The notes under the pieces: model-generated
Database searches by the model: none
Seen by the model: the letters and a program-made list of their open reading frames with translations, nothing else
Told to the model about the DNA's origin: nothing
Assembly: GCA_964016885.1 (NCBI GenBank)
Contig: OZ024750.1
Coordinates: forward strand, 39,246,001-39,310,000
Origin: Eledone cirrhosa
Taxonomy: Eukaryota
Direction of reading: 5' to 3'
Length of the DNA: 64,000 nt
In this document: positions 28,666 to 41,925 of the stretch, in pieces
Layout of the letters: each line of letters opens with the position of its first letter
How positions within the stretch are numbered: position 1 is the stretch's first letter
Position numbers and translations under genes: made by a program

Positions 28666-28935
28666 TTTTGCAGGGTTTCCAAGAATCATGGTAAGAAGTC
28701 ACAGGCAATGGTTTGCTGCAGAAAAAATGTATCAATACATTCTCAGATTAGAAACCGGGTTCAAATATATTCAACAAAGTAGACTTCTTTCTTAAAGTCT
28801 TTTGCAGGGTTTCCAAGTATCATGGTAAGAAGTCACAGGCAATGGTTTGCTGCAAAAAAAGTGTATCAATACATTCTCAGATTAGAAACCAGGTTCAAAT
28901 ATATTCAACAAAGTAGACTTCTTTCTTAAAGTCTT
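28666..28935 (+). repeat. ~134-bp near-perfect tandem duplication
   Basis: ttttgcagggtttccaag...aaagtcttt occurs twice. Confidence 0.85.
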
Positions 28936-29003
28936 TCAATGTGAGGTTGTGGTGTTAAACTGAGTTATTGTTTAGATCAGAATCCCTCAATACTATATAA
29001 TAC

Positions 29004-29180
29004 AATTGTTTCTACTTTTGGCACAAGGCCAGCAATTTCCCCCCCCACTGCATTACTGGTACTTTATTTTACCATAAGGATGAGAGGCAAAGTTAATGTT
29101 AGCGAGATTTGAACTCAGAACTCAAACGGCCATAACTCTGTGCTGCAAATCATGGTGTCTGACGCTCTACCGATACTGCC
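29004..29180 (-). mobile_element. SINE family 1
   Basis: Same consensus as the other family 1 copies. Confidence 0.75.
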
Positions 29181-29595
29181 TCATAATATAATGTTGTTAC
29201 AACTATATATATACACTACTATACGATATATTGTTGTTACTACATTATATATATACATCATTATACAATATATTGTTACAACACTATATATACATCACTA
29301 TACAATACATTGTTGTTACTACACTATAATACATCATTATACAATATATATACATCACTATACAATATAACGTTGTTACAACATTATATATACATCACTA
29401 TACAATGTAACGTTGTTATAACACTATATATACATCACTATACAATATAATGTTATAACACTATATATATACATCACTATACAATATAATGTTGTTACAA
29501 GATTATATATACATCACTATACAACATATTGTTACATTATATATACATCACTATACAATATATTGTTACATTATATATACATCACTATACAATAT

Positions 29596-29775
29596 AATTG
29601 TTTCTACTTTTGGCACAAGGCCAGCAAATACCCAGTACATTACTAGTACTTTATTTTATCGACCCCGTAAGGATGAAAGGCAAAGTTGACCTCGGCGGGA
29701 TTTGAACTTAGAATGGAAAGGGCCGTAACTCTATGCGTCAAAGCATGACGTCCGACCCTCTACCTATATTGCCAA
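29596..29775 (-). mobile_element. SINE family 1
   Basis: Same consensus as the other family 1 copies. Confidence 0.8.
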
Positions 29776-30944
29776 TCCACAACACTATATATACCAATGT
29801 GGTTACAACATTCTATATATATCATTATATATACATTCTATATACATCACTATATACCAATGTTGTAGAATACTCTATATTTACCAATGTTGTAGAACAT
29901 TCTATATATACATCACTATATACCAATGTTGTAGAACACTCTATATATACCAATGTTATAGAACATTCTATATATACATCACTATAAACCAATGTTGTAG
30001 AACATCCTATATATACATCACTATATACAAATGTTGTAGAACACTATGTATATATCACTATATACCAATGTAGTAGAACATTCTATATATATAATTATAT
30101 ATACACTCTATATACATCATTATATACCAATGTTGTAGAACACTATATATATCCATGTGTCAATGATGCTCCAGTTGTACAACAGAACAGTATGTTCGCG
30201 AAATTAATGTATAAATGGCTGAGCATTCCACAGACTTTTGTACTTTTAACGTAATTCTCAGGGAGATTCAGCAGGACATGCGTTTCGCGATTGATCAGCT
30301 CAAGGTTCAATCTCTCTCAACCGAGCCAAAATCTGTAATCAAAAGCTCATATAATATACTGAAGAATACAAAACGTATTGTTATATATTAGCATTACATT
30401 GAGTTCTGTCTACGATCGACATTGAGACTATTTTAGGATCTGATTTCACTATTTACCATCAAGATGATCTCAGCTATTCTTTCTAGGTACGATACTTTCC
30501 AACAGATTCTCAACCTCCTCATGTTCATTGTCATTACATTGAGTTTCTAGTAGACCATTTTAGAATCTGGTCTTACCATCCACAATTGGAGCTTCCTTGG
30601 TTTCTCTTTCTAGGTACCATACCCTACAGACGGATTTTAGGGAGATTCACCCCAATCCCTCTCATTTTAATTACATTGAGTTCTGTCTACAATCAACATC
30701 TAAACCATTTTAGAATCTGGTCTTACCATCCACAATTGGGACGTTTCTCTTTCTAGGTACCAAATCACCCAGACATAACAAGTTGACAGTTTGATATGGC
30801 CAAACAGTTTGAAAGAATTGATTTTAATTTTATTTTAAAAAAAAACAAAAAAAAAAACGAAAAACGTTGTCATTTCTCGAATATGTAATATCCCAGTGTC
30901 TGGTCCAGCTCCCAGCTCAGAGTTGTTTGAGTGGTCGGTTAAAT

Positions 30945-31900
30945 AATAATAATGAAATTATTGTGTACAGTGCTCAGGTGCACTACAACTCATCAAAGGT
31001 GCATGTATAGTACATAGAATAATGTACAAATGTCAGGAAAATAAACAGTGTATGAGTCATGATATAATAACAATAACAATAATGAAATATTGTGCACAGT
31101 GCCCAGGTGCACCACAACCCATCAAAAAAGTGCATGTACAGTACATAGGGCAATGCACAAACATCAGTAAAATGAACAGTGCACACATGTGTGCATGTGT
31201 ATGGAAGGGGCACATCAGGTGTAGTTTTGGCGTATTTCGGGAAGCATGAGTGTCTTAAAGGATGCAGTGTCTCGGCAGCTAACAATTGACGCAGGCAGTT
31301 TGTTCCATGTTTCAGCAACTCTGAGCGTGAAAAAATGTCTGCGAAAGTCATGGGAGCTGTGCTGTTTTCTTATCTTGTAGGCATGTCCACGTGTGTTAGA
31401 TACATGGAGATCAAAGAGGCGCTCAGGGTTGCAGTTGGCGAGATGGTTAAAAACTTTGTGGGTATTCACCAAGTCCACTGCCAGACGTCGGAGCTTCAAT
31501 GAATCCATGCCCAGGGAAGCAAGGCGTTCAGAGTATGGTAGGTGTCTGATGGAGGGTATGCGCTTGGTTGCACGTCTCTGAACAGTTTCCAGGAGGTCAA
31601 TGTTCCGAGCAAGATAGGGGTTCCAGACTGATGATGCGAATTCCAAGTGTGGTCGCACCATAGCTGTATACAGTTTTAAATAGATGGCTGGAGAGCGGCT
31701 AACAAAGGTCTTGCTGAGTGATGCCAAAACACCCTCGGCCTTCTTGACAATCTTAGAGACATGCTTTGTCCAACGCAAATCGTTGCTGACAGTAATGCCC
31801 AGGTCACGTTCACAAGAGGACTTTTTGATGTCAGTGTTGTGGAGGGAGTATGTGGACGCTGGATTTTTCCTTCCAAAATGCATGGTGGTATACTTCAATA
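30945..31900 (-). mobile_element. 5'-truncated CR1-clade LINE (ORF2 C-terminus plus 3'UTR with duplicated tail)
   Basis: ORF 31215-31904 contains ERDLGI, LYTAMVRPHLEFASSVWNPY, LETVQRRATK and FFTLRVAETWNKLP, which are typical of CR1 ORF2 ends. (ATT)n tail. Confidence 0.9.
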
Positions 31901-33494
31901 TCACTTCAACCTCAAATAATATTGTAGGTCAGTTATGATAGAACAGATAGACCTATGATTAACGGCATTCCAGATGTGACCATATCATCTTCTTAGGGAT
32001 ATATGTATTTTCCTTATATAAAACAGTCGAGTGTGATATGAGAGAGAAATGGCTGCTATATCTAGCAGGTCGAGCGATACCGTGACGGCTCCTATGGTTA
32101 ATACCTTTTTTATTCTTATGTTCCGTTTGCTTCCCCATGGAACATTAAGTGACGAGAGATCTCTATGCCGCACGTTTGCAAGCTTTGTCTGTTCTGGGAC
32201 TCAAATCACTTCTAACCATTTTGTCCGCTAGTAACGAAGTAATATTTGTCAAGATGGCGTGTCGGTTGTAGAAGGGGAGGTAAGTCAGTAAGTTTAAGTC
32301 TTTCAATGGATTTTTAAACTGATTAAATAATTGAATGTGTTGTATGTGTGTGTGTATATAATGTGTTGTATGTGTGTGTGTGTATATATGTCTGTATATC
32401 ACCGTCTTTTCATGTCCTCTTCCCACGTTTACATGTTGGAGGGGTCATCTTATTCAGAGTTACTGCTCTGATTCTTTGCCCTGTGTTATATCTTAAGTAT
32501 TGTCATTTGGTGCCAGGTAAGGGTAATTAGACTCACCTAGCTAGAAATGATCCTCTTCTGAGTATCGATGTCTCACAGGTGGGCATTAATCATTATTTAT
32601 AAGAAATAATTATTTATGTCTTGCGGTTTTGTTGTGACTTTTTACATTCTGTGTTCCAATTCTATAGTTGATCTTGCCTCAAGTGGGACTACCCCCGTCC
32701 AAACCCATGCAAGCGTGGAACATGGACGTTAAACGTTGATGATGATGATGATGATGATTGACAGTATGGTGTTGAGGGAGATGTAGCTGCTCTTTCTAGC
32801 AGGTCAGGCCGCCACGTAAAGGGTTCATCCATGAATTTGAAAGTGATTTTGATAATGCTTCAATCGTGTGTGATATGCGATATATATGGCTACTATTTCT
32901 AGCAGGTCAAGCAACAACGTGGCGACTCCCATTGTTGATTCTTCTTGAGTTCCATTTAATGATTATTTATCCCCACCGCTATCGATTTTACGTCTGTTTT
33001 TTTTTCTCTCCATACTTGGACGAGTTGGACCAGATTTTATCCCAGTTTCATGTGACAAGTAACTGGGAGTACAATCACTCATTGCTGGGGGTGCAGCAGC
33101 TGCACCCCCCCCCCCATTTAGTCATTTTTGTTAGAAATGAACGTCTGTACTCCACAAAAATGACTGGAGCAATAAACCTACGAGTACAACACTTGACTAT
33201 ACCTGACTATCACAAGTTTAACCCCCAGCTGCTGCTGCTGCTACAGCAACGTGAAATACTTTGCTCAAAGACTCAACATACCTTCCAATCTAGAAATCGA
33301 ACCTATGACCTTATAGTCATGCAACCAACACTAACCACTGGGCTCCACATATAGCTTTGTTCTCAGATTAACACCAGAAATGGCTACAACCAGGAATGTG
33401 TCGACTTTGAAGAGATTAAATAAAATTATTGTTGAAACAACATTTACAGTTACTGCTGCTAAAACTTTTGATACTTTATGAAAAAAACATTCCT

Positions 33495-33822
33495 GTTGGT
33501 GACATGATGAGAAGGATCCAGTCGATCCTGTAATGTAGTGTTGGTGACATGATGAGAAGGATCCAGTCGATCCTGTAATGTAGTGTTGGTGACATGATGA
33601 GAAGGATCCAGTCGATCCTGTAATGTAGTGTTGGTGACATGATGAGAAGGATCCAGTCGATCCTGTAATGTAGTGTTGGTGACATGATGAGAAGGATCCA
33701 GTCGATCCTGTAATGTAGTGTTGGTGACATGATGAGAAGGATCCAGTCGATCCTGTAATGTAGTGTTGGTGACATGATGAGAAGGATCCAGTCGATCCTG
33801 TAATGTAGTGTTGGTGACATGA
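33495..33822 (+). repeat. 45-bp minisatellite x~7, contiguous with RTE 3'UTR remnant (to ~33920)
   Basis: Period 45, then gtgttaggaagggcatccagctgtagaaa. Confidence 0.9.
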
Positions 33823-33964
33823 CAAAGAGCACAGTCCACACTTAAGGTGGTGTATTGATAACAACAAAAAGCACCCCTGTAACGTGGTTAGTGTTAGGAA
33901 GGGCATCCAGCTGTAGAAACGTCCAAGTTAATCCTTTGCAACATATTTCATGGAGTTTTAAGGA

Positions 33965-34132
33965 GAGGAAAACACTGATACATCTACATCGACAACCTGA
34001 CCAAAGATACTGGCCTAGACTGTGTCCAGGACCTCAAGTCTGTGATGTTAGGCCAAGATGTGTGATAGAGGGTCTTTGTCACTGTGGCCTGGGTTGAAAC
34101 TGGCTTAAAAGAAGAAGAAGAATGATGATGAT
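33965..34132 (+). mobile_element. Degraded RTE-group LINE 3' end
   Basis: YIDNLTKDTGLDCVQDLKSVM-like reading, similar to the 39908-40234 ORF end, with a (GAA)(GAT) tail. Confidence 0.45.
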
Positions 34133-34178
34133 TCCTTATCAAATAAAAAATAACAGTAATAGAACTTTTATATACAAT

Positions 34179-34184
34179 TTTATT
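34179..34184 (-). terminator. Candidate RPN1 poly(A) signal
   Basis: AATAAA on - about 300 nt after the stop, followed by a U-rich tract. Confidence 0.5.
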
Positions 34185-34489
34185 ATTGCATAACACTTTC
34201 CTTACAAAATATTTGAAATTCAGATTAGCTGTCTCTGTTATAAGTGAAACAAAATATCTTTGAGCTAAATTTTAGATTTATATGAAGAAGAACAAGAAAA
34301 ATGGAGAAGAGAATAAAACAAACCAAAAATTTGAGAAAATACAAATTAAGAATTGAGATGTTTTATTCCAAAATAGAGAACAAAACAGTATGAAATGAAA
34401 ACATTTTTTTTCTCTTCTTTTATTGTCCAGACAAACAAAAGATGTATGAATTAATTGATAAATGATTTCACTCTAGATGGTACTGCTTA

Positions 34490-34672
34490 CTAGAGAGAAC
34501 TACTGAGAGCTTCCATTTTCTGGTTAATTTCAGCTCGTTTCTTACTTATGCCTGGCTCACTATCAATGTACGCTTGTTTATTCATTTTATTGTTTATTAA
34601 TCTCTCAGCATAGTTTATAGCCTGATTGATGAGTTCCTTGTACTGGCTATCAAGTTTCTGCAGTTCAGCAAC
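34490..34672 (-). CDS. RPN1: Ribophorin I (OST subunit 1) last coding exon (exon 10)
   Basis: CAG|VAELQKLDSQYKELINQAINYAERLINNKMNKQAYIDSEPGISKKRAEINQKMEALSSSL*, which resembles the RPN1 C-terminus. Confidence 0.9.
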   Translation of the reverse strand, partial: VAELQKLDSQYKELINQAINYAERLINNKMNKQAYIDSEPGISKKRAEINQKMEALSSSL

Positions 34673-35257
34673 CTGAAAAAATATTCAAACAAAAACACAT
34701 TTAGCTCATATTTAACTCTTAAAATCCTCTATCATCATCATCATTGTGTTTTATGTCTGTTCTTCCATGCATGCATAGGTTAGATGGGTCCTTCTCAGTA
34801 TGGCATCTCTCCTAGCAAAGTTTGAACTGACTTTCACAGACCAAATCAGTACGTAGAGCTAAGCCATCTCAGAAATGAGCAGCATCTTGCTTACATACGT
34901 CTCAACATTCTATAGAGTACACCAGATGCATTTTATCGTGGAACCAACAGGGAGGTCCCTGTATCTTTGGCACAATTGAAGAGTCCTCTCGACCCTTAGT
35001 TTTCTATGGTTGGATGCCCTTCCCATCAACCACTTTACAGAGTGTAATGGGTGCATTCTATCATGCCACCAGCATTAGATAGGTTGTCATATTCTTCACT
35101 GTTACTATAACAGCAGTAAATATTTTAAGGCCATTTTTATCTGTCAAATCTCCATGAATGGCTTTATGATTGAAATAATGATTATAGGGTCTTCAGTGAA
35201 ATGAGGGGAGGGGAAGGGAGGGGATCAAGATTAATTCAGATTCTGAACAATCTGATC

Positions 35258-35764
35258 CGTAAAGTGATAGTGCTGGTGTCATGGTAAAATACACCCAGTA
35301 CACTCTGTAAAGTGATAGTGCTGGTGTCACAATAAAATGTACCCAGTCCACTCTGTAAAGTGGTACTGCTGGTGTCATGGTAAAATATATCTAGTACACT
35401 CTGTAAAGTGGTAGTGCTGGTGCTACAATAAAATGTACCCAGTCCACTCTGTAAAGTGGTACTGCTGGTGTCATGGTAAAATATATCTAGTACACTCTGT
35501 AAAGTGGTAGTGCTGGTGCTACAATATAATGTACCCAGTCCACTCTGTAAAGTGGTAGTGCTGGTGTCACAATAAAAAGCATCCAATAAACACTGTAAAG
35601 TGGTTGGTGTTAGAAGGAACCAGCAGTAGAGACTATACCAAAATAAAACATGAGTTAATTGTGGTCTTTTGACCTGTCCTAATTTTAGAATTTGAGGACC
35701 TGTCCAGCCCACACCAGCGTAGAAGATGGACATAAAATAACAGTGATGATGATGATGATGATGA
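35258..35764 (+). repeat. 46-bp minisatellite running into an RTE-tail element ending (GAT)n
   Basis: Units of cactctgtaaagtggtagtgctggtgtca lead into gtggttggtgttagaagg. Confidence 0.8.
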
Positions 35765-35871
35765 TAAATAAGAAAGACTGTCAAGAAATACAAGGTAAAA
35801 AAACAAAGAATAGTTGTAAATAATTCTAAGAAATTTTTTTTCAATGGCCTAATACAAAAGAAGCAATAGAT

Positions 35872-38800
35872 TTAACTCTTTAGCATTTAAACCTGCCACA
35901 TCCGGCTAGAATTCCCACACCTCTTTCTGTTCAAACCAGCTGTAACCGGCAACACATACTGATATTAATGTATTATTCTCAACATAAATAATATCAAAAT
36001 CTCATAGATTCGATATTATGTGAAATAATTATGTGAGGTAAAGACATTAATGTGAAAATATAACAGTAAATATAGAGTAATGTAAATGTTATGTGAGATA
36101 TTATACGAGGTAAAGCCTTTACTGTGAAAATATAATAGTATATATAGAGTAATGTAAATGTTATGTGAGGTAAAGCCTTTACTGTGACAATACAATAGTA
36201 TATATAGAGTAATGTAAATGTTATGTGAGATATTATGTGAGGTAAAGCCTTTACTGTGAAAATATAATAGTATATATAGAGTAATGTAAATGTTATGTGA
36301 GGTAAAGCCTTTACTGTGAAAATATAATAGTATATATAGAGTAATGTAAATGTTATGTGAGGTAAAGCCTTTACTGTGACAATACAATAGTATATATAGA
36401 GTAATGTAAATGTTATGTGAGATATTATGTGAGGTAAAGCCTTTACTGTGAAAATATAATAGTATATATAGAGTAATGTAAATGTTATGTGAGATAGTAT
36501 GTAAGGTAAAGCCTTTACTGTGAAAATATAATAGTATATATAGAGTAATGTAAATGTTATGTGAGGTAAAGCCTTTACTGTGACAATACAATAGTATATA
36601 TAGAGTAATGTAAATGTTATGCGAGATATTATGTGAGGTAAAGCCTTTACTGTGAAAATACAATAGTATATATAGAGTAATGTAAATGTTATGTGAGATA
36701 TTATACGAGGTAAAGCCTTTACTGTGAAAATATAATAGTATATATAGAGTAATGTAAATGTTATGTGAGGTAAAGCCTTTACTGTGACAATACAATAGTA
36801 TATATAGAGTAATGTAAATGTTATGCGAGATATTATGTGAGGTAAAGCCTTTACTGTGAAAATACAATAGTATATATAGAGTAATGTAAATGTTATGTGA
36901 GATATTATACGAGGTAAAGCCTTTACTGTGAAAATATAATAGTATATATAGAGTAATGTAAATGTTATGTGAGGTAAAGCCTTTACTGTGACAATACAAT
37001 AGTATATATAGAGTAATGTAAATGTTATGTGAGATATTATGTGAGGCAAAGCCTTTACTGTGAAAATATAATAGTATATATAGAGTAATGTAAATGTTAT
37101 GCGAGATATTATGTGAGGTAAAGCCTTTACTGTGAAAATATAATAGTATATATAGAGTAATGTAAATGTTATGTGAGGTAAAGCCTTTACTGTGACAATA
37201 CAATAGTATATATAGAGTAATGTAAATGTTATGTGAGGTAAAGCCTTTACTGTGACAATACAATAGTATATATAGAGTAATGTAAATGTTATGTGAGGTA
37301 AAGCCTTTACTGTGACAATACAATAGTATATATAGAGTAATGTAAATGTTATGTGAGGTAAAGCCTTTACTGTGACAATACAATAGTATATATAGAGTAA
37401 TGTAAATGTTATGTGAGGTAAAGCCTTTACTGTGACAATACAATAGTATATATAGAGTAATGTAAATGTTATGTGAGGTAAAGCCTTTACTGTGACAATA
37501 CAATAGTATATATAGAGTAATGTAAATGTTATGTGAGGTAAAGCCTTTACTGTGACAATACAATAGTATATATAGAGTAATGTAAATGTTATGTGAGGTA
37601 AAGCCTTTACTGTGACAATACAATAGTATATATAGAGTAATGTAAATGTTATGTGAGATATTATGTGAGGTAAAGCCTTTACTGTGAAAATATAATAGTA
37701 TATATAGAGTAATGTAAATGTTATGCGAGATATTATGTGAGGTAAAGCCTTTACTGTGAAAATATAATAGTATATATAGAGTAATGTAAATGTTATGTGA
37801 GGTAAAGCCTTTACTGTGACAATACAATAGTATATATAGAGTAATGTAAATGTTATGTGAGGTAAAGCCTTTACTGTGACAATACAATAGTATATATAGA
37901 GTAATGTAAATGTTATGTGAGGTAAAGCCTTTACTGTGACAATACAATAGTATATATAGAGTAATGTAAATGTTATGTGAGGTAAAGCCTTTACTGTGAC
38001 AATACAATAGTATATATAGAGTAATGTAAATGTTATGTGAGATATTATGTGAGGTAAAGCCTTTACTGTGAAAATATAATAGTATATATAGAGTAATGTA
38101 AATGTTATGCGAGATATTATGTGAGGTAAAGCCTTTACTGTGAAAATATAATAGTATATATAGAGTAATGTAAATGTTATGTGAGGTAAAGCCTTTACTG
38201 TGACAATACAATAGTATATATAGAGTAATGTAAATGTTATGTGAGGTAAAGCCTTTACTGTGACAATACAATAGTATATATAGAGTAATGTAAATGTTAT
38301 GTGAGGTAAAGCCTTTACTGTGACAATACAATAGTATATATAGAGTAATGTAAATGTTATGTGAGGTAAAGCCTTTACTGTGACAATACAATAGTATATA
38401 TAGAGTAATGTAAATGTTATGTGAGGTAAAGCCTTTACTGTGACAATACAATAGTATATATAGAGTAATGTAAATGTTATGTGAGGTAAAGCCTTTACTG
38501 TGACAATACAATAGTATATATAGAGTAATGTAAATGTTATGTGAGGTAAAGCCTTTACTGTGACAATACAATAGTATATATAGAGTAATGTAAATGTTAT
38601 GTGAGGTAAAGCCTTTACTGTGACAATACAATAGTATATATAGAGTAATGTAAATGTTATGTGAGGTAAAGCCTTTACTGTGACAATACAATAGTATATA
38701 TAGAGTAATGTAAATGTTATGTGAGGTAAAGCCTTTACTGTGACAATACAATAGTATATATAGAGTAATGTAAATGTTATGTGAGGTAAAGCCTTTACTG

Positions 38801-39508
38801 TGACAATACAATAGTATATATAGAGTAATGTAAATGTTATGTGAGGTAAAGCCTTTACTGTGACAATACAATAGTATATATAGAGTAATGTAAATGTTAT
38901 GTGAGGTAAAGCCTTTACTGTGACAATACAATAGTATATATAGAGTAATGTAAATGTTATGTGAGGTAAAGCCTTTACTGTGACAATACAATAGTATATA
39001 TAGAGTAATGTAAATGTTATGTGAGGTAAAGCCTTTACTGTGACAATACAATAGTATATATAGAGTAATGTAAATGTTATGTGAGGTAAAGCCTTTACTG
39101 TGACAATACAATAGTATATATAGAGTAATGTAAATGTTATGTGAGGTAAAGCCTTTACTGTGACAATACAATAGTATATATAGAGTAATGTAAATGTTAT
39201 GTGAGGTAAAGCCTTTACTGTGACAATACAATAGTATATATAGAGTAATGTAAATGTTATGTGAGGTAAAGCCTTTACTGTGACAATACAATAGTATATA
39301 TAGAGTAATGTAAATGTTATGTGAGGTAAAGCCTTTACTGTGACAATACAATAGTATATATAGAGTAATGTAAATGTTATGTGAGGTAAAGCCTTTACTG
39401 TGACAATACAATAGTATATATAGAGTAATGTAAATGTTATGTGAGGTAAAGCCTTTACTGTGACAATACAATAGTATATATAGAGTAATGTAAATGTTAA
39501 AGGGTTAA
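35872..39508 (-). mobile_element. piggyBac-type MITE copy B with ~3.5-kb internal 60/72-bp satellite (36015-39497), RPN1 intron 9
   Basis: TTAA|CTCTTTAGCATTTA ... TAAATGTTAAAGGG|TTAA. The array is inverted relative to copy A. Confidence 0.85.
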
Positions 39509-39533
39509 GGCAGGAATGATGAAATAGACTCAC

Positions 39534-39779
39534 TTTTTCGGCAGCTTCAGCTCCTTCTGCCTTTAAAGTAGCTTGGAGAGTATGTATCTGCTGAGTGAGC
39601 TGTTTGTAATCACTGTCAGTCTTCTTACGACTGGCCTGGAAAACATTAGCTTCTTTGTTGCTTTTAAACTTGTTTGTAGCATCATCATAAGTTTGATACA
39701 GAGCACTTCTCTTGTCATGGCTATTCTGAACTTCTTCAATCAGACTTGCAATTCTCATTTTGCTCTCTTTAGCTTCATC
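39534..39779 (-). CDS. RPN1: Ribophorin I exon 9
   Basis: CAG|DEAKESKMRIASLIEEV...LKAEGAEAAEK|GTGAG; 246 bp, phase 0/0. Confidence 0.92.
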
Positions 39780-39852
39780 CTGCATATAGAAATATCAAAC
39801 ACCATATATAATACATATATATATCATCATCATCTCCCACACACTCTTTCTA

Positions 39853-39901
<49 letters not shown>

Positions 39902-39907
39902 ATCTAT

Positions 39908-40375
39908 CTAAGGCGGGTAAAATTTCTGAGATCCATGGACGAGCTCTCTCCAGCGGTCTCTGTCCCTCATCATCGCTGCCGTGTCCTGCATCTCCAACAG
40001 ACCAGTGTCTGTCATTAGGGCATCAACATACGTTAACCTTGGTCTTCCTCTTCTAGTGTGTCCATGTAGGGGCTCCCAAAGGAGTACTGAGTGCAATGTC
40101 AACTCTGGATGTCGGTGAGCATGTCCAGCCAATCTCAGTCTCCTCTGTGTCACTTTTGAGCTGACTTTTGGGATGCTCCCATACAGCTCTGAGTTTTTCA
40201 TCCTCAGTGTATACTGATTAATGTTCAGAGCCATCCTCAGCAGAGGATTTGATGCGGGAGGTTGAGACTGTGTCGATGAGTGTGGGGCTGAGAATGAATG
40301 AGACTAAAACAAAATATCTGGTAGAGAATGTTGAGAAGCCAGAGGGGATCACTAATGTAGGCGGGAAGCCGCTGA
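39908..40375 (-). mobile_element. RTE-group LINE fragment with 5' inversion, inside (TA)n
   Basis: On -: RRLRLAGHAHRH..WEP.HG..RRGRP..TYVD. On + from ~40240: EDLMREVE..VGLRMNETKTKYL, an upstream RT segment. Confidence 0.75.
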
Positions 40376-40584
40376 AATATATATATATATATATATGTAT
40401 ATATAGTCTGGCACAGACACTGGGAAGACCACAAAGCAAAACAGTACTCAGTTTGCTCCAATAGGGACATGGAGCCAGTATGCTGTAGTAGGGACATGGG
40501 GTCAGTATGCTCCAGTAGATATGTGGCATGGGCAAACAGAGAGAAGGACTTTTGTCCAACACACTAACAATTCAGCCAAATAAT

Positions 40585-40760
40585 ATTTGTTTCTACTTGC
40601 CAGCAATTACTGCAGTACATTACTGGTACTTTATTTTATCGACCCTATAACGATAAAAGGCATGGTTAACTTTGGCGGGATTTGAACTCAGTTCGTAAAG
40701 GGACGTAACTCTGTGCTGCAAAGCATGGCGTCCGATCCTATACCAATACTGCCAAACCAC
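40585..40760 (-). mobile_element. SINE family 1
   Basis: Same consensus as the other family 1 copies. Confidence 0.75.
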
Positions 40761-40790
40761 CGCCCTAATAATAATAATAATAATACTGAC

Positions 40791-40910
40791 CTTTGTTATA
40801 GAGAAATCTAAACGGACGTAGATAATAACGACAAGGAAGAGCAGGTAGAAAGCTCCAACCACAAGCAGTGGTTCTTGTAATAATAAGAACTTCTGGAAGG
40901 TATAGTTCAG
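40791..40910 (-). CDS. RPN1: Ribophorin I exon 8 (transmembrane helix)
   Basis: [40 protein letters not shown]; AG/GT boundaries, 120 bp. Confidence 0.95.
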
Positions 40911-41683
40911 CTGAAATATCAACAGAGTTATAATTACAGGGGGTTCACCAACAAATCAGTTCACAAAGAATTTTTACTAACATAAAACAGCTCTGTATGA
41001 GACAAACCCATCGAACCCATGCTAGCGTGGAAGATGGACGTTAAACGATGATGATGATGATAAAATGTCTCGGTTGACAAATGGTGTCTCTAGTAAAGAA
41101 CACACAAGCCGGCAACAAGTTTGTAGTACGAGTGGGAAAGCGTCACTTACTGTGTAGTTAGTTACTGTGGTAATATCTGTCTTTCACCCAGACTCTCTCT
41201 CTCAACATTTCGTATCGAAGACATAGTTTTGGTTTACAGAGATTCCAGGTGATGAACAGCCTTCAGTAATGGATTAAGCTTGTGAACCAAGGTTCCACTG
41301 TGTTATAATTTACTAATTAGATAGCAATAATTTATTCAATCCAAATCTTTGGATTTTATAGAAGCAGAAAAGCTGGGAAGATGTAGCTTGCATGCCTTTC
41401 CTTCAATGGTGAAATTTACAGCTAACACTTAAGTAGGTTTAGCTTGCTTCTTTCCTTCAAGTTTGAAGCTTATAGGAGTTTCTCAGATGTTTTAATAAGG
41501 AGGCCCCAATGTGAAATGAAATGTGTTGCTCAAGGACACGATGCATTGTCCAATCCAGGAATTAAACCTACAACTTTATGACTATGACTAACAATTTAAC
41601 TACTAAACCACATACCTTCACTTTCATTAAGTTGTTACAAGATAAAAACTGGTTTTGTGAAGCTATTTTAATATGAAATTGCA

Positions 41684-41925
41684 GTGACCACCAACGATGG
41701 CCAATGAGCAGCAAAAGTGACCAGTGACCACCAACGATGGCCAGTGACCACCAAAGATGACCAATGACCACCTAAGATGACCAATGAGCAGCAAAAGTGA
41801 CTAGTGACCACCAACGATGGCCAATGAGCAGCAAAAGTCACCAGTGACCACCAACGATGGCCAATGACCACTAAAGATGACCAATGAGCAGCAAAAGGGA
41901 CTAATGACCACCAAAAGTGACCAGC
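41684..41925 (+). repeat. Composite minisatellite (gtgaccaccaacgatggccaatgagcagcaaaa)
   Basis: Directly visible. Confidence 0.8.

Noticed and set aside
30355-30390. Other CTGANGA hits (30360, 18204, 61883, 62864)
   Set aside because: No properly placed GAAA with pairing stems, so they were not called as hammerheads.
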